DNA from: Eledone cirrhosa
Lineage: Eukaryota
Reading direction: 5' to 3'
DNA length: 64,000 nt
NCBI GenBank assembly: GCA_964016885.1
Contig: OZ024740.1
Span: 136,958,001-137,022,000 of the forward strand
Numbering within the stretch: the stretch's first letter is position 1; each line of letters starts with the position of its first letter. A program made the translations under genes and the position numbers. The notes under the pieces are model-generated. The model was not told the DNA's origin. It searched no databases and worked only from the letters and a program-made list of their open reading frames with translations. Positions 1-10,967 of the stretch are shown here, in pieces.

Positions 1-1849
1 GAGTGAGCTTAAGAAAGAGAAAGGCTCAGCCCCGGAGAGCAATCTATGACTGGGGAGCTTTCAAGGAAGATGATAAGCTACAGGAGAGGTTCACAGTAGA
101 AGTGAGGAACAGGTTCAGTGCTCTGTGTGGAGAGACAGAGGAGAGAGAGATTAGAGGGACTGAGGAGAGTGTGTGACGAGGAGGTACGAGTACTTAACCT
201 ATGCAGTGACGGAAGCAAGTGAGACCCTGGTGCCGAGGAGAAAAAACAAGCGGAAGCACGTGAGCTCTGCAGAACAAGAGGAAGCACGTCAGATCCAGGG
301 AACAGGGCCCGAGGATAGGAAGGGGAAATGGCTGGACCATAACCCTACAAGGAGAACCGCCCTCCACAGACCAGAACACCGGGGAGATCAGGCGGCTGTT
401 TGAGGAACTGGATATTGAGACAGGGCCCTTCAACAGAGAGGAGCTTCAGAGAGCCAAGAAGAAGATCAAGGAGGACAAGGCTCATGGAGAAGATGGAGTG
501 GCATCAGAGGTGATGAAGGGGTGTGATTTTGATGATATCATCCTGGAGTTCTGTAACCAGGCACTGGAGAAAGGAATTGCCCCGAATCAGTGGAGGATCA
601 GTAACATCATCCCAGTGCCAAAGAAGGGAGATTTCTCTAACACCAACAACTACAGGGGGATCTCACTGACGTCACTTGTGGCAAAGACACTCACAGGATG
701 ATTCTGAACAGGATCCAGCCCGAGATGCAGAAGAAGCTCAAGGACAACCAAAACGGATTCAGAGAGGGAAGATCAGCCACCAGTCATATCCTGATGCTGA
801 GGAGGATATTAGAGGGAGCTAGACCAAAGTGCCTTCCTGCAGTCATGGTTTTCATTGACTTTAGGAAGGTCTTTGATTCTGTGGACCGTCAGTGCTTAAT
901 GAAGATCTTACAGGCTTATGGAATCCCCAAGAAGATAGTGGACCTGATATCACTGCTCTACATCAACACCAAAGCCCAAATCTTTTCACCTGATGGGATG
1001 ACAGAGTTATTTGAGATACTAGCTGGAGTGCTCCAGGGAGATACATTGGCTCCCTACCTTTTTTATCATCGCAGTGGACTATTGTATGCGCCTTGCGCTG
1101 GAGAAACACCAGAGCAGGAGAGTTAAGGCGAAAAAGATATCGGATGCTGAATTTGCCGACGACATAGTTTTGGTGACAAACACAGTGAAGGAGGCAGAGG
1201 ATCTGATGCAGGAGGTGGAGACTGTCGATGAGTGTGGGGCTGAGAATGAATGAGACGAAATATCTGGTAGAGAATATTAAGAATCCAGATAAGATTACTA
1301 ATGTAGGCGGGAAGCCGCGAGAATTGGTTGAGGACTTCCTGTATTTGGGAGCAAAGATTAGGAATACGGAAGAGGATGTGGCCGAGGGGAAGAGCAAAGC
1401 CTGGGCGGCGTGCCACAGCTTGAGATCGGTGTGGAAGTCGGACCTTCGTTGCTGTAGTGGAGTCTGTGCTGCTGTACGGGTCTGAGACTTGGACACTGAC
1501 CAAGAAACTCACTCAGATGGTGGATGGGTGCTACACAAGAATGCTGAGGATGGCTCTGAACATTAATCAGTATATACTGAGGATGAAGAAATCAGAGCTG
1601 TACGAGAGCCTCCCAAAAGTCAGCTCAAAAGTGACACAAAGGAGACTGAGGTTAGCTGGACATGCTCACCGACATCCAGAGTTGACACTGCACTCAGTGC
1701 TCCTGTGGGAGCCCTTGCATGGACACACTGGAAGAGGAAGACCGAAGTTAATATATGTTGATGTCCTAAGGACAGACGCAGGACATGGCGGTGATGATGA
1801 GGGACAGAGACCGCTGGAGAGAACTCGTCCATGGATCTCGGGAAATTTA

Positions 1850-1850
<1 letters not shown>
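1..1850 (+). mobile_element. RTE-clade LINE, RT and C-terminal region, frameshifted, ends in a (TA)n tract; 5' part lies outside the window
   Basis: ORF pieces carry NYRGISLTS, QNGFREGRS, FIDFRKVFDSV, GVLQGDTLAPYLF, EFADDIVL, LLYGSETWTL and GRGRPKL, which are typical RTE RT and C-terminal motifs split over several frames. Confidence 0.9.
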
Positions 1851-1912
<62 letters not shown>

Positions 1913-2114
1913 ATATATATTCAGGTTTGAGGTTCACCACTGTATAGAGCTGGTCTATTCTGTATGGTCAATCGTAATGTAATAATATAGAGAGTACTCA
2001 ACGTAAAGCAGTTCAACCGTCTTTGTTTTTGTAGTTGGTGGTGCTATTACGGAGTTAAATATTATAATGAAATGACAGGAGGCTGGATTTGTGTAAATCC
2101 TTGAAAGGTTTATT

Positions 2115-2172
2115 ATACTATGATCATTTCAATGATCGGGTTCCGAATGAATCCGGTGATATCATCAGGTAT
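2115..2172 (-). ncRNA. Type I hammerhead ribozyme candidate
   Basis: Minus strand: ATAC CTGATGA [stem II with CCGGA-TTCA-TTCGG] GAA ATGATCAT A GTAT AATAAA. Stem I is ATAC/GTAT, stem III is palindromic, and the base of stem II is imperfect. Confidence 0.6.
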
Positions 2173-2305
2173 TCGAAATATAATACGTGAATGTAATAGA
2201 TAAAATCCATGGGGCTGAAAATCGAGGACCCGAGGGCGAACGCTATCTTGCACCTTCTACCTTAGCCGGTCGCCCTCGAGTGACGTGGCTAAAGCTCACA
2301 GTGTG

Positions 2306-2776
2306 CTACTACCGGTCAGATAAAGGAAAACAGAAAGGGATGGGAACATAAGTTACAAGACAAAAGAAAGAAAGAAAGGAAGGAGAGAGAAGAAGGGGGA
2401 AGGAAGAAGAAGAGAAGCCAGGGTTAATGTCAGCTATAAGAAGAAAGACAGAAAGAAAGAGGAGGAAAGGTCGGTATTACAGTCAGGCCAGGATTGTCGC
2501 GAAGAAATTTTTTTATTCTACGGGACCCGTATCTAAACAACTACTACCGGTCAGATATAGGCGAACAAAAAGGGGGAAGGAAGATAAGTCTGCGGGAGGA
2601 AGACAGAAAGAGGGGAGAAAAGAAGGAGAAGGAAGAAAAGGAAGAAGTAGAAGAGTAAGGGTTGATGGCTACAAGAGGGAAGATAGAAAGAAAGAGGAAG
2701 AAAGGTCGATATTGATGTCAGACTACAGTCAGGCCAGGAGTGGCGCGAGAAAATGCTCACAGGGACCCGTATCTTA
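2306..2776. repeat. Diverged tandem duplication, ~235-246 bp period
   Basis: CTACTACCGGTCAGATA at 2306 and 2541; TACAGTCAGGCCAGGA...GGGACCCGTATCT twice; purine-rich spacers. Confidence 0.85.
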
Positions 2777-2900
2777 GCAGAGGTGAATATAGTGGGGGTC
2801 AGTGTGTTATAATGTGTGAGCAGAAGATCGAAACGTTACGTTTTTGTTTAGACTTATAGGATGAAGTCAAAGATTAATAATTAATAATTAATATCAAAGA

Positions 2901-3461
2901 AATTAGAAAATTTAAAGTTAAACAGTTTAACATTTTAAGGTTGATATATTTAATAGTTCTGATTTGATCTGTAATTTAAAAGTACTATGTGGCGGTTAAA
3001 AACCGCCCGCGCTCCGCCCCCCCCCCCCGGGGGGCGAATTAACCCACTCCGAGTATTTTCATTTACTGAAAGAAGGGGAAATTTATTTTTCCAAGCACTC
3101 AAGGTAGGCCCTTGCCTCAGGGGGCTGGTCGCGCCGCCATTAAAACCCACCCAACAGTCCGACAGAAAGTTGGAACTTAGAAAAGTTGGAAATTAGAAAA
3201 TTTAAAGTTAAACAGTTTAACATTTTAAGGTTGATATATCTAATAGTTCTGATTTGATCTGTAATTTAAAGGTACTATGTGGCGGTTAAAAACCGGCCGC
3301 GCTCCGGGCCCCCCGGGGCGAATTAAGCCACTCCGAGTATTTTCATTTACTGAAAGAAGGGGAAATTCATTTTTCCAAGCACTCAAGGTAGGCCCTTGCC
3401 TCAGGGGGCTGGTCGCGCCGCCATTAAAACCCACCCAACAGTCCGACAGAAAGTTGGAACT
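2901..3461. repeat. Near-identical tandem duplication, 290 bp period
   Basis: AATTAGAAAATTTAAAGTTAAACAG at 2901 and 3191, with the following ~270 bp nearly identical. Confidence 0.95.
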
Positions 3462-3714
3462 TTAAAATATAGTTTAAATTTATAGGATGAAGTTGAAGGA
3501 ATTCAGAATAACATTATAAAATTAAAGAGTAAGAAGATTGAGAATTGAACAAACAGAAAATTGAAAATCAAACATTTAAGAAAAACTTCTATAAGGTTTT
3601 GGGTTGCGGGGTTTAATTAAAGAGAGTCTTTTATGAAGAGACGTTAATTGTATTATGTAGATCTATAATTTATCCTAGTGGGATGTAGAGTACGGGATAT
3701 AGTCGGGTAATATT

Positions 3715-4195
3715 TTTTTGTTCTCATGGGGAGACATTTTAGTGTCATGTGCTAATGGGTACAAGTGAGCAAAAGTCCCAATAGGAGGAGTAGAAATACA
3801 TGGATACTTAGAAGTGGAATACGTGGAAGAGCACATTGATAAAGCAAAGGTATAAATATATAAATATATCAACATATAAATATAAATATGTAAATAAACC
3901 AACAAGAGTGGTGTTGGAGTAAGATGGAGAAAACAAGACATAGTAGAAGTACAATATAGTTCAGGTTGCAGTATTAATGCTCCCAGGGGGAGACATTCCA
4001 GTGTCGTGTGCTAAGGGTACACGCGAGTAAAAGTCCGAATAAGGGAAGTAAAGGTACATGGATGTATAGAGGTAGAATACGTGGAAAAGCATTAATACAG
4101 CAAATAAAGATATAAAGATATAAATAAACAGACAAGAGTCGGGTAAATGGATAGTTCAAGACACAGGAGAAATACAATATAGTTCAAGTTGCAGT
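3715..4195. repeat. Diverged tandem duplication, ~260 bp period at its start
   Basis: GGGGAGACATT..AGTGTC.TGTGCTAA..GGTACA at ~3728 and ~3987; TACAATATAGTTCA.GTTGCAGT at both unit ends. Confidence 0.85.
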
Positions 4196-4417
4196 CAGAT
4201 AATGCATATAGATGTGGAAATTGAGTCAGTGTGTGTTCGAATTCAGTGTGAGTTATACATGCCCCGAAGTATAGGGTAGCTAATTTAGTTGACACAGTGC
4301 AGTACAATACATGTTATGGTATAATCCGTAGAGTTTCGTCGTGGTCCGAATATTCTGAGAGGGAAGTATAATATATATATAATATATATATGTATATAAA
4401 TATATATATTATTATAT

Positions 4418-4502
<85 letters not shown>

Positions 4503-4549
4503 TTGGTGCTCTGAAATAGCGATATATATATGAATGTATATATAGATAT

Positions 4550-4830
4550 AAGTGAATGTATGTGTGAGGAGCAAACGAAACAGGGGGGATTAAACAAAAT
4601 ATAATTTAGAGATATACCAGATGAAAGAATGGTATTTAACTAATGTATTGGTACGCGATGGGGCTCACCCACAGCCCCGGCGGACAATGGAGAAGGCGTT
4701 TCCTCGCAGGACGGCAAGGGAGACGCGCTGGAAAAGCCACTCCAACTCGCGGGGCTCACACCTGCGGCTGGCCAGTTCAGCGCCTATGGTGGTGAGTAAG
4801 GAGGTAGCCCTGGGGCCGAGAACACCAGAG
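4550..4830 (-). mobile_element. 3' fragment of a CRE-like (RLE) non-LTR retrotransposon
   Basis: Minus frame GVLGPRATSLLTTIGAELA...EPRELEWLFQRVSLAVLRGNA* matches the C-terminus of CRE-type restriction-like endonuclease ORFs. Confidence 0.7.
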
Positions 4831-5010
4831 TAGAGGTAGACCACGAAAAACATCGTTGGAGGTGGTGAGAGCAGACCTCAGATCGCTGAAACTCACGGAG
4901 GAGATGACGGAGGACCGTGACAGGTGGAGAGATGCTGTGCTGAATAGGACCTGTCCAACCCTTGCAAGCAGGGAAAAGCGGACATAAAATGATGATGATG
5001 ATGATGATGA
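4828..5010 (+). mobile_element. 5'-truncated RTE-type LINE 3' end with (ATG)n tail
   Basis: Translates to RGRPRKTSLEVVRADLRSLKLTEEMTEDRDRWR...*, followed by (ATG)n. Confidence 0.75.
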
Positions 5011-5016
5011 TATATA

Positions 5017-5373
5017 TATAGTGCATTTTGTAATACACTGTATGCTTAATTAAAAGCATTTCGAAGACCTTACGCTATTGTTTTAGAGTAGTGACAGTCT
5101 CACTTACTTTAAATTTTCAGAAAACAGGGCAGATAAAGCTGACAGAGCTCTGTTTCGCACTTTTTGGTGCTTATCAAAGCTAACTACTCCGCCTGTTTGC
5201 TGAAAATTATGAATGTTTGATTCTTATAGAATTCCAGTAATAATCAGGAACTGATTATACAGAGCGGTTGACGGTCAAGCAGAAATTGAAAATTAGAATT
5301 GGTGCTCTGAAATAGCGAATATATATGAATGTATATATAGTGTATTTTGCAATACACTGTATGCTTAATTAAA
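5017..5373 (-). mobile_element. Retrozyme-like/pLTR unit (~319 bp period); a further piece of the same unit lies at 4496-4545
   Basis: GTG.ATTTTG.AATACACTGTATGCTTAATTAAA at 5021 and 5340; homologous to 11475-12105; contains an HHR. Confidence 0.75.
5137..5181 (-). ncRNA. Type I hammerhead ribozyme, U3-A8 core variant
   Basis: Minus strand: AGCT TTGATAA GCAC CAAAAA GTGC GAA ACAGAGCTCTGT C AGCT. All three stems pair, stem III is palindromic, GUC site. Confidence 0.85.
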
Positions 5374-5592
5374 GAGGTTGTCTATCTCGTGTTATTATTT
5401 TTATCTTTTACGCTCTTTCCTACGTTCTTCTACACACTATAAATATCAATCTACATTCACTTACATCTCTCTCTACCACCGGATCTTGTTACCCGGAGAA
5501 TTACCCATCTGCATTGTTGAGGCTTCCAAAAAACGACCTAAAGAAAATATATCTTATTATTCCACAATGCTTCAAGCAAACTTCAATACTCT

Positions 5593-5690
<98 letters not shown>

Positions 5691-5797
5691 ATATATGTAT
5701 ATATATAATATATATATAATATATGTATATATATATATAATATATGTATATATATATATAATATATGTATATATATATTATATATATATTATATATA

Positions 5798-5869
<72 letters not shown>

Positions 5870-5949
5870 TATATATATGTATATATATATATTATATATA
5901 TATATATATTATAAGAAAAACGAATTATATATATGTATATATATATATT

Positions 5950-7833
5950 ATAAGAAAAACGAATGAAGTAACTCTTAAGCACATCAATGATGAGGCATGC
6001 GAAATAGTGAAAAATCTCGGAATCGAAGATAGGACAGGACCACCCTTACCGGCGGTACCCACCTTCAATCTTAAGGACCATAAGGTAAACTTTGATAATG
6101 ACCCTAAAATTAGATTAATCTGCCCCTCTAAATCAGATATAGGTAAAATAAGCAAATATATCTTAGATAGAATCATCCCCCAAATTAAGGCTAAGGTTAA
6201 CATTAAACTCTGGGGGAAGACCCAAGAAGCAATAAGATGGTTTAATAGCATTAGCAATAAGAATAAATCTAAGTTTATCCAGTTTGATATCGATGAATAT
6301 TACTCATCGATATCACCTGAAACTTTGAATAGAGCCATTAAGTTTGCTAAGGATAACTCTGACCTTACAAACGATGAAATTAAGATTATATTAGAAGCTA
6401 GGAAAACTATAGTCAAATTTGAGAACAGTTATTGGGTACGTAAAGATAGACCCTCTAACTTTGACATAACAATGGGCTCTAACGATTCGGCGGAAATAAC
6501 TGATATTGCGGGGTTATTTATCGCCTTTAGACTCCAGGAAAAATTCAGCAATCTCCACGGCGGAATATACCGCGACGATGTTCTCCTAGTTAAAAACCTA
6601 AATAACCAAAAACTAGAAAAACTACGCAAAGATATAAGAAAACTACTACTCGAAATAGGACTAACTATAACATATGAATACAACCTTAAAGTAGTTAACT
6701 TCCTGGATGTCACACTCAATTTAAACTCTGGTTTGATTAAACCGTTTCATAAATTGAATGAAAATCTCAAATACGTAAATGTTGGGTCTAACCACCCCAT
6801 CTCTATAACTAAATCTATCCCTAAAAATATTTCCCTTAGAATCTCGGGTCTATCTTCTAACATACAAGTATTTAAGGAACACGCCGAGTACTACGATAAC
6901 GCCCTTAGTAAAGCAGGCTACCTCAACAAAATAGAGTATATAGATGGGAACAATCAAAACACCCAAAATAAATCCCACATAGGTAGATATAATAACACAA
7001 CACCAAACCACACTTACTACCATAGTACGCACACCAGTAAACCAACAAACAAAACTAATAAAAAGCGATGCAAAGAGTACTTATGGTATAACCCCGAATA
7101 CAATAGTTCCATTAGTACAAATTTACCAGTACTCTTCTTTAAAATAATTAAGAGACATTTTCCTACATCACACAAATACCACAAAATCCTAAACCCTTCC
7201 ACTATAAGACTGTCATACTCTACAGCGTTAAACCTTGAACAACACATAAAAAAGATCAATACTAGAAGGTTAAACGAAAACACTAAGAACTTAAGTACAA
7301 AGAACACAAAAAAAACAGTAGACAATACACTACAGAACATAAATAAACCACACCTAAGTTCGTCCGCAATACTACTCCAGAGAAAACCCAACGTACACAA
7401 CTGTAACTGCACCTATCCTGACAACTGCCCCCTCGGCAATAACTGCCTGGAAAAAAATATTATTTATAAGTGTACCATTAAATCCGGAGGCAACGAGTGG
7501 TATTACGTGGGATCAACGGCAACATCGTTTAAATCTCGATTATATAGGCATTCTTACTCAATAAAACACCAGAGCCAAAGAAATGTAACAACTTTAGCAG
7601 AAAAAGCTTGGACGCTCAGGGATAGCGATCAAAAGTTTACCCTAAAATGGGAGAAATTAGCTAAAACCCAAAGCTTTTCCAGGAGCCAAAATTTCTGCAA
7701 ATTGTGTAATCTTGAGATTTATTACATAATCACACACAAGAAGAAATTGCTGAATAACAGAATTGTACGAACATTATTCTGTCGTCACAGAACTAAAACC
7801 CTTTTTTCCCACTCCAAGCCGAATATTACATAA
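5950..7833 (+). CDS. Penelope-like element ORF: reverse transcriptase + C-terminal GIY-YIG endonuclease, 5'-truncated into (TA)n
   Basis: RT motifs FDIDEYYSSI, FDITMGSNDSAE, IYRDD, NFLDVTL; Cys linker CNCTYPDNCPLGNNC; IIYKC...YYVGST...FKSRLYRH; CKLC...CRH. The first ~85 aa of the track ORF (5695) are translated microsatellite. Confidence 0.92.
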   Translation: MRKTNEVTLKHINDEACEIVKNLGIEDRTGPPLPAVPTFNLKDHKVNFDNDPKIRLICPSKSDIGKISKYILDRIIPQIKAKVNIKLWGKTQEAIRWFNSISNKNKSKFIQFDIDEYYSSISPETLNRAIKFAKDNSDLTNDEIKIILEARKTIVKFENSYWVRKDRPSNFDITMGSNDSAEITDIAGLFIAFRLQEKFSNLHGGIYRDDVLLVKNLNNQKLEKLRKDIRKLLLEIGLTITYEYNLKVVNFLDVTLNLNSGLIKPFHKLNENLKYVNVGSNHPISITKSIPKNISLRISGLSSNIQVFKEHAEYYDNALSKAGYLNKIEYIDGNNQNTQNKSHIGRYNNTTPNHTYYHSTHTSKPTNKTNKKRCKEYLWYNPEYNSSISTNLPVLFFKIIKRHFPTSHKYHKILNPSTIRLSYSTALNLEQHIKKINTRRLNENTKNLSTKNTKKTVDNTLQNINKPHLSSSAILLQRKPNVHNCNCTYPDNCPLGNNCLEKNIIYKCTIKSGGNEWYYVGSTATSFKSRLYRHSYSIKHQSQRNVTTLAEKAWTLRDSDQKFTLKWEKLAKTQSFSRSQNFCKLCNLEIYYIITHKKKLLNNRIVRTLFCRHRTKTLFSHSKPNIT

Positions 7834-8336
7834 AAGAGGGACATCCCCCCAACTATATAAACCTCAATCTGGTTAGAAAAATATAAAAACAATCTCTTCT
7901 CAACATATATTAATAACCTTAAATTACCACACTAATAATGAAAAGATATGCTGATGAGAATAGGTGCAAATATGCGATAATGAATGTGTCTAAAAAACGT
8001 CCATAAGTATGTATATATATGTGAAAATGTATATAAATAAGTAAATATATATATATGTTTGATGTGTATAGTTAGATGTAAGTGTATTCATGTATTAAAG
8101 TGCTTATATATATATATATATATATAGGTTAACACAAATCAATATATTTGATAAACAAATCCTCATATTTATGTATGTATTGTAAATGACCAAGTTAGCT
8201 AGATAGAAATATACTAATAATAATATTACAGTTTGCCTATCATGACTTAAGATAGTACATCATAAATCAACAAAAACAAATTGTATTGGCAATGGCCGTG
8301 GTGCTTGGACAAATTTAAATTTCAAAATCAAACCTG

Positions 8337-8427
8337 TTCCGTAGACAGGTTTAAACCTTAAAATCCAAATATGTTTCGAATAATGAAAAAGTGGAAGGAA
8401 TACCGCATTTTGATCTCCTCAGCAAGC
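8337..8427 (-). ncRNA. Antisense HHR-like motif in the PLE 3' UTR (partly degenerate)
   Basis: Minus strand: CTGAGGA G...C GAAAC ATATTT...AAACCT GTC TACGGAA; homologous to the better-paired motif at 14057-14192; stem I is weak. Confidence 0.5.
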
Positions 8428-9069
8428 ACTATAAAAATTGGTATGTTCCACTTCAAAATATTTAGGAAGACTGTTTAACGCACGAGGTAACCTATGTATA
8501 TATATATATATATATATATAGATGTGTATGTATATGTATATATGTACACATAGACTAGAGTATGTATGTATATAAGTGTGTATCTATACGTGTGTATATA
8601 AAGATAAGTTGAGTATGAAAATATATACACATGAACGCGTATGTATGTACATGAATACATGTGTGTATATATATATGTATGCATGTGTATATGTATGTAA
8701 GTATGAACATGTTACTATGTGAATGTGAGTATATGTATTTTGTAGAGGTGTGCAAATATATTTGTATGTGAATGCGTGGGTGAAAGGATACGTACACTTG
8801 AAAGAAAAATTTAAGTCTGAATGTTAATTAAGTGCAAACACAAAACCAACCACGCATATCTTTACTATCTCTAATCCCTCTATAGATTTAGAAAAATAAC
8901 CAATAATATATTCTATAAAAATGTCAAAACAACAGATGGGAATCTAATTACTCACTGCCACCAAAAATTCTCACTGCTATCTAAAAACCACTCCCTCAAC
9001 TATTCTTCTAACAACTTCACCCCTCTCTCCTAATATTCTCTATAAAAACCAAATAGGTCCTCAGTAATA

Positions 9070-9190
9070 TTATTCTGATGAAATGACAGTAAATAATAAC
9101 ATTGAAATATTGAATGTCTGCATAACTAAAACTTTGTAGATAGCAGCTGTTTTCAGGTTATGTAACTGTTATAGAAACACGTGTCAATAA
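9070..9190 (+). ncRNA. Type I hammerhead ribozyme with long stem II insert
   Basis: TTATT CTGATGA aATGACAGT..~75 nt..ACTGTTATa GAAAC ACGT GTC AATAA; predicted cleavage after C9185. Confidence 0.85.
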
Positions 9191-9224
9191 ATTCCTTTCA
9201 ACTAAACTGTATCCATTCAAATCT

Positions 9225-9270
<46 letters not shown>

Positions 9271-9348
9271 GTATATATCTATCTATTTCTCTCTCTATAT
9301 ATATACGAAATAGTGTTAAGACAGTTACTTTTACATAATTGTTTTATT

Positions 9349-9427
9349 ACATAAGATTTCAGTGACATGGTTAGTAATCATGCAATAGTTACATCATTGA
9401 CAGTCTCCATGTGACATCATCAGATGC
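9349..9427 (-). ncRNA. Degenerate HHR of another PLE tail fragment
   Basis: Minus strand: GCAT CTGATGA ..ACATGG...CCATGT.. GAAA TCTT ATGT AATAAA; stem III is defective. Confidence 0.4.
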
Positions 9428-10434
9428 TCATGCAATTATGGGATGTAGTTATTCTGGTAAGGTATTATCATCTTGGTGTGATGCGAGCGAACATAAACAC
9501 CCTAATTATCTGCATTATATATATATGATAATATATACACCACTCCATATTATTGATTAAACCTAAAATTAGCATATAAATATATACATACATGCACACA
9601 CGCACATACATGCACGCACACTCACACAACCCCCCCCATATATATATATATATACAAGGTTAACTTTCCTTTCATCCTTTCGGGGGTGATCAGTCGAAGG
9701 TGGTTGACTGGCAGAATCGTTAGAATGTCGTACTTGAAGTATTTGTTTCGGCGTGGCCAACAAATTACCATGGAAGTGACTCGAGTTCATACGTGCACTA
9801 TCGTAGATAATCATGGATAGTATTAGATCAATTCACAATATTCAACTTGCTGGGAGCAAATAATTCTTGATAACGATGATGATTGCTGTTCAGAAATTAG
9901 GTCATTTGTACATTAAGCAAACCTGTTATCTCTCCCCGTTCGACGGGGAGATCTCCCACCCCAAAGTGGGTGGGAGATGTCTTCTCTTGTGAAAATGGGT
10001 ATAGCTTTCATTATATAAAATCTCCCTATTTTGCCTAATTTCTCCCCGTTTTGGGGCCCTTTTTTCATGGTACTCCGCGTTTGGGTTTTTAGAGGTTGAC
10101 TGGTCTGATTAAGGTTGTATACACTTGAACAATATGTAATGGATCTTTCTACGATGCATGCACCAGTTGTTCGTAGAATGTGTATGTGGTCGAGAATTCC
10201 ATAGACATGAGTGATAAGGATTACAGGTTCAGTCAATCCGATCGACTTCCAATTTTACACACAAGTCGATTCGAAGCTACGGTAAATGATCGTTTCCCAA
10301 GATAACAAGCAGTGGGATCGAACTCGGAAACTTATGATTGTATAGCGAACTATTTACCCATGTAACGTCTATAGTTGGACAATATATGCGCAAGAATAGT
10401 GACGGAAAGTTAGAAAGATATCAACAATAACAAC

Positions 10435-10471
<37 letters not shown>

Positions 10472-10570
10472 CTTGACCTCTTACTATTTTTCTATTGGTC
10501 AATTCAAAACCTGTTCCCAAACAGACCTATTATATTAAATCTTTGTTGGTTTTTTTCAATAAACAAATCT

Positions 10571-10704
10571 CATTATTTCTGAAGACAGCATATATATGTG
10601 TAGGTATGTATATTCCCTCTGATAGTTTGTAATATTTTTACATAGATCTATATGATATACATACCAACACACATATATATCCTAGAAACGATCGTAAAAT
10701 GATG
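10571..10704 (+). ncRNA. Type I hammerhead ribozyme with long stem II
   Basis: CATTATTT CTGAAGA cAGcATATATATGTGT...ACACATATATATcCTa GAAAC GATC GTA AAATGATG; 8-bp stem I and palindromic stem III. Confidence 0.85.
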
Positions 10705-10759
10705 AATTTTTTAATATAAGGAACTTGTTCTTTGTTTTTATTCATTGTTTTTATTAATT

Positions 10760-10826
<67 letters not shown>

Positions 10827-10967
10827 GGTGCCCCCCAAAATGTATACACACTTTGATTACCTGCACAAGCATTATTTATTAGAATGCACAACCTTTCCCC
10901 AAAATAAAAGGATCAACAGACATAATTCAATTGTATGTAAACACCCCAAAATGTTTACATAATTTAA

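Larger units (their letters stand above)
1920..4370 (-). mobile_element. Probable long non-coding 3' region/pLTR of a Penelope-like element between two (TA)n tracts
   Basis: Minus-strand HHR followed directly by AATAAA near its end (2115-2172); three internal tandem duplications; no credible ORF. Confidence 0.45.
5907..9228 (+). mobile_element. Penelope-like retroelement: ORF plus ~1.4 kb 3' UTR/pLTR with HHRs, bounded by (TA)n
   Basis: ORF above; terminal HHR at 9070-9190 overlapping AATAAA; TA tracts on both sides. Continuity of the UTR across internal TA tracts is assumed. Confidence 0.75.

Noticed and set aside
10822-10856. Tc1/mariner-like TIR TACAGGGTGCCCCCCAAAA
   Set aside because: No matching second TIR or transposase found
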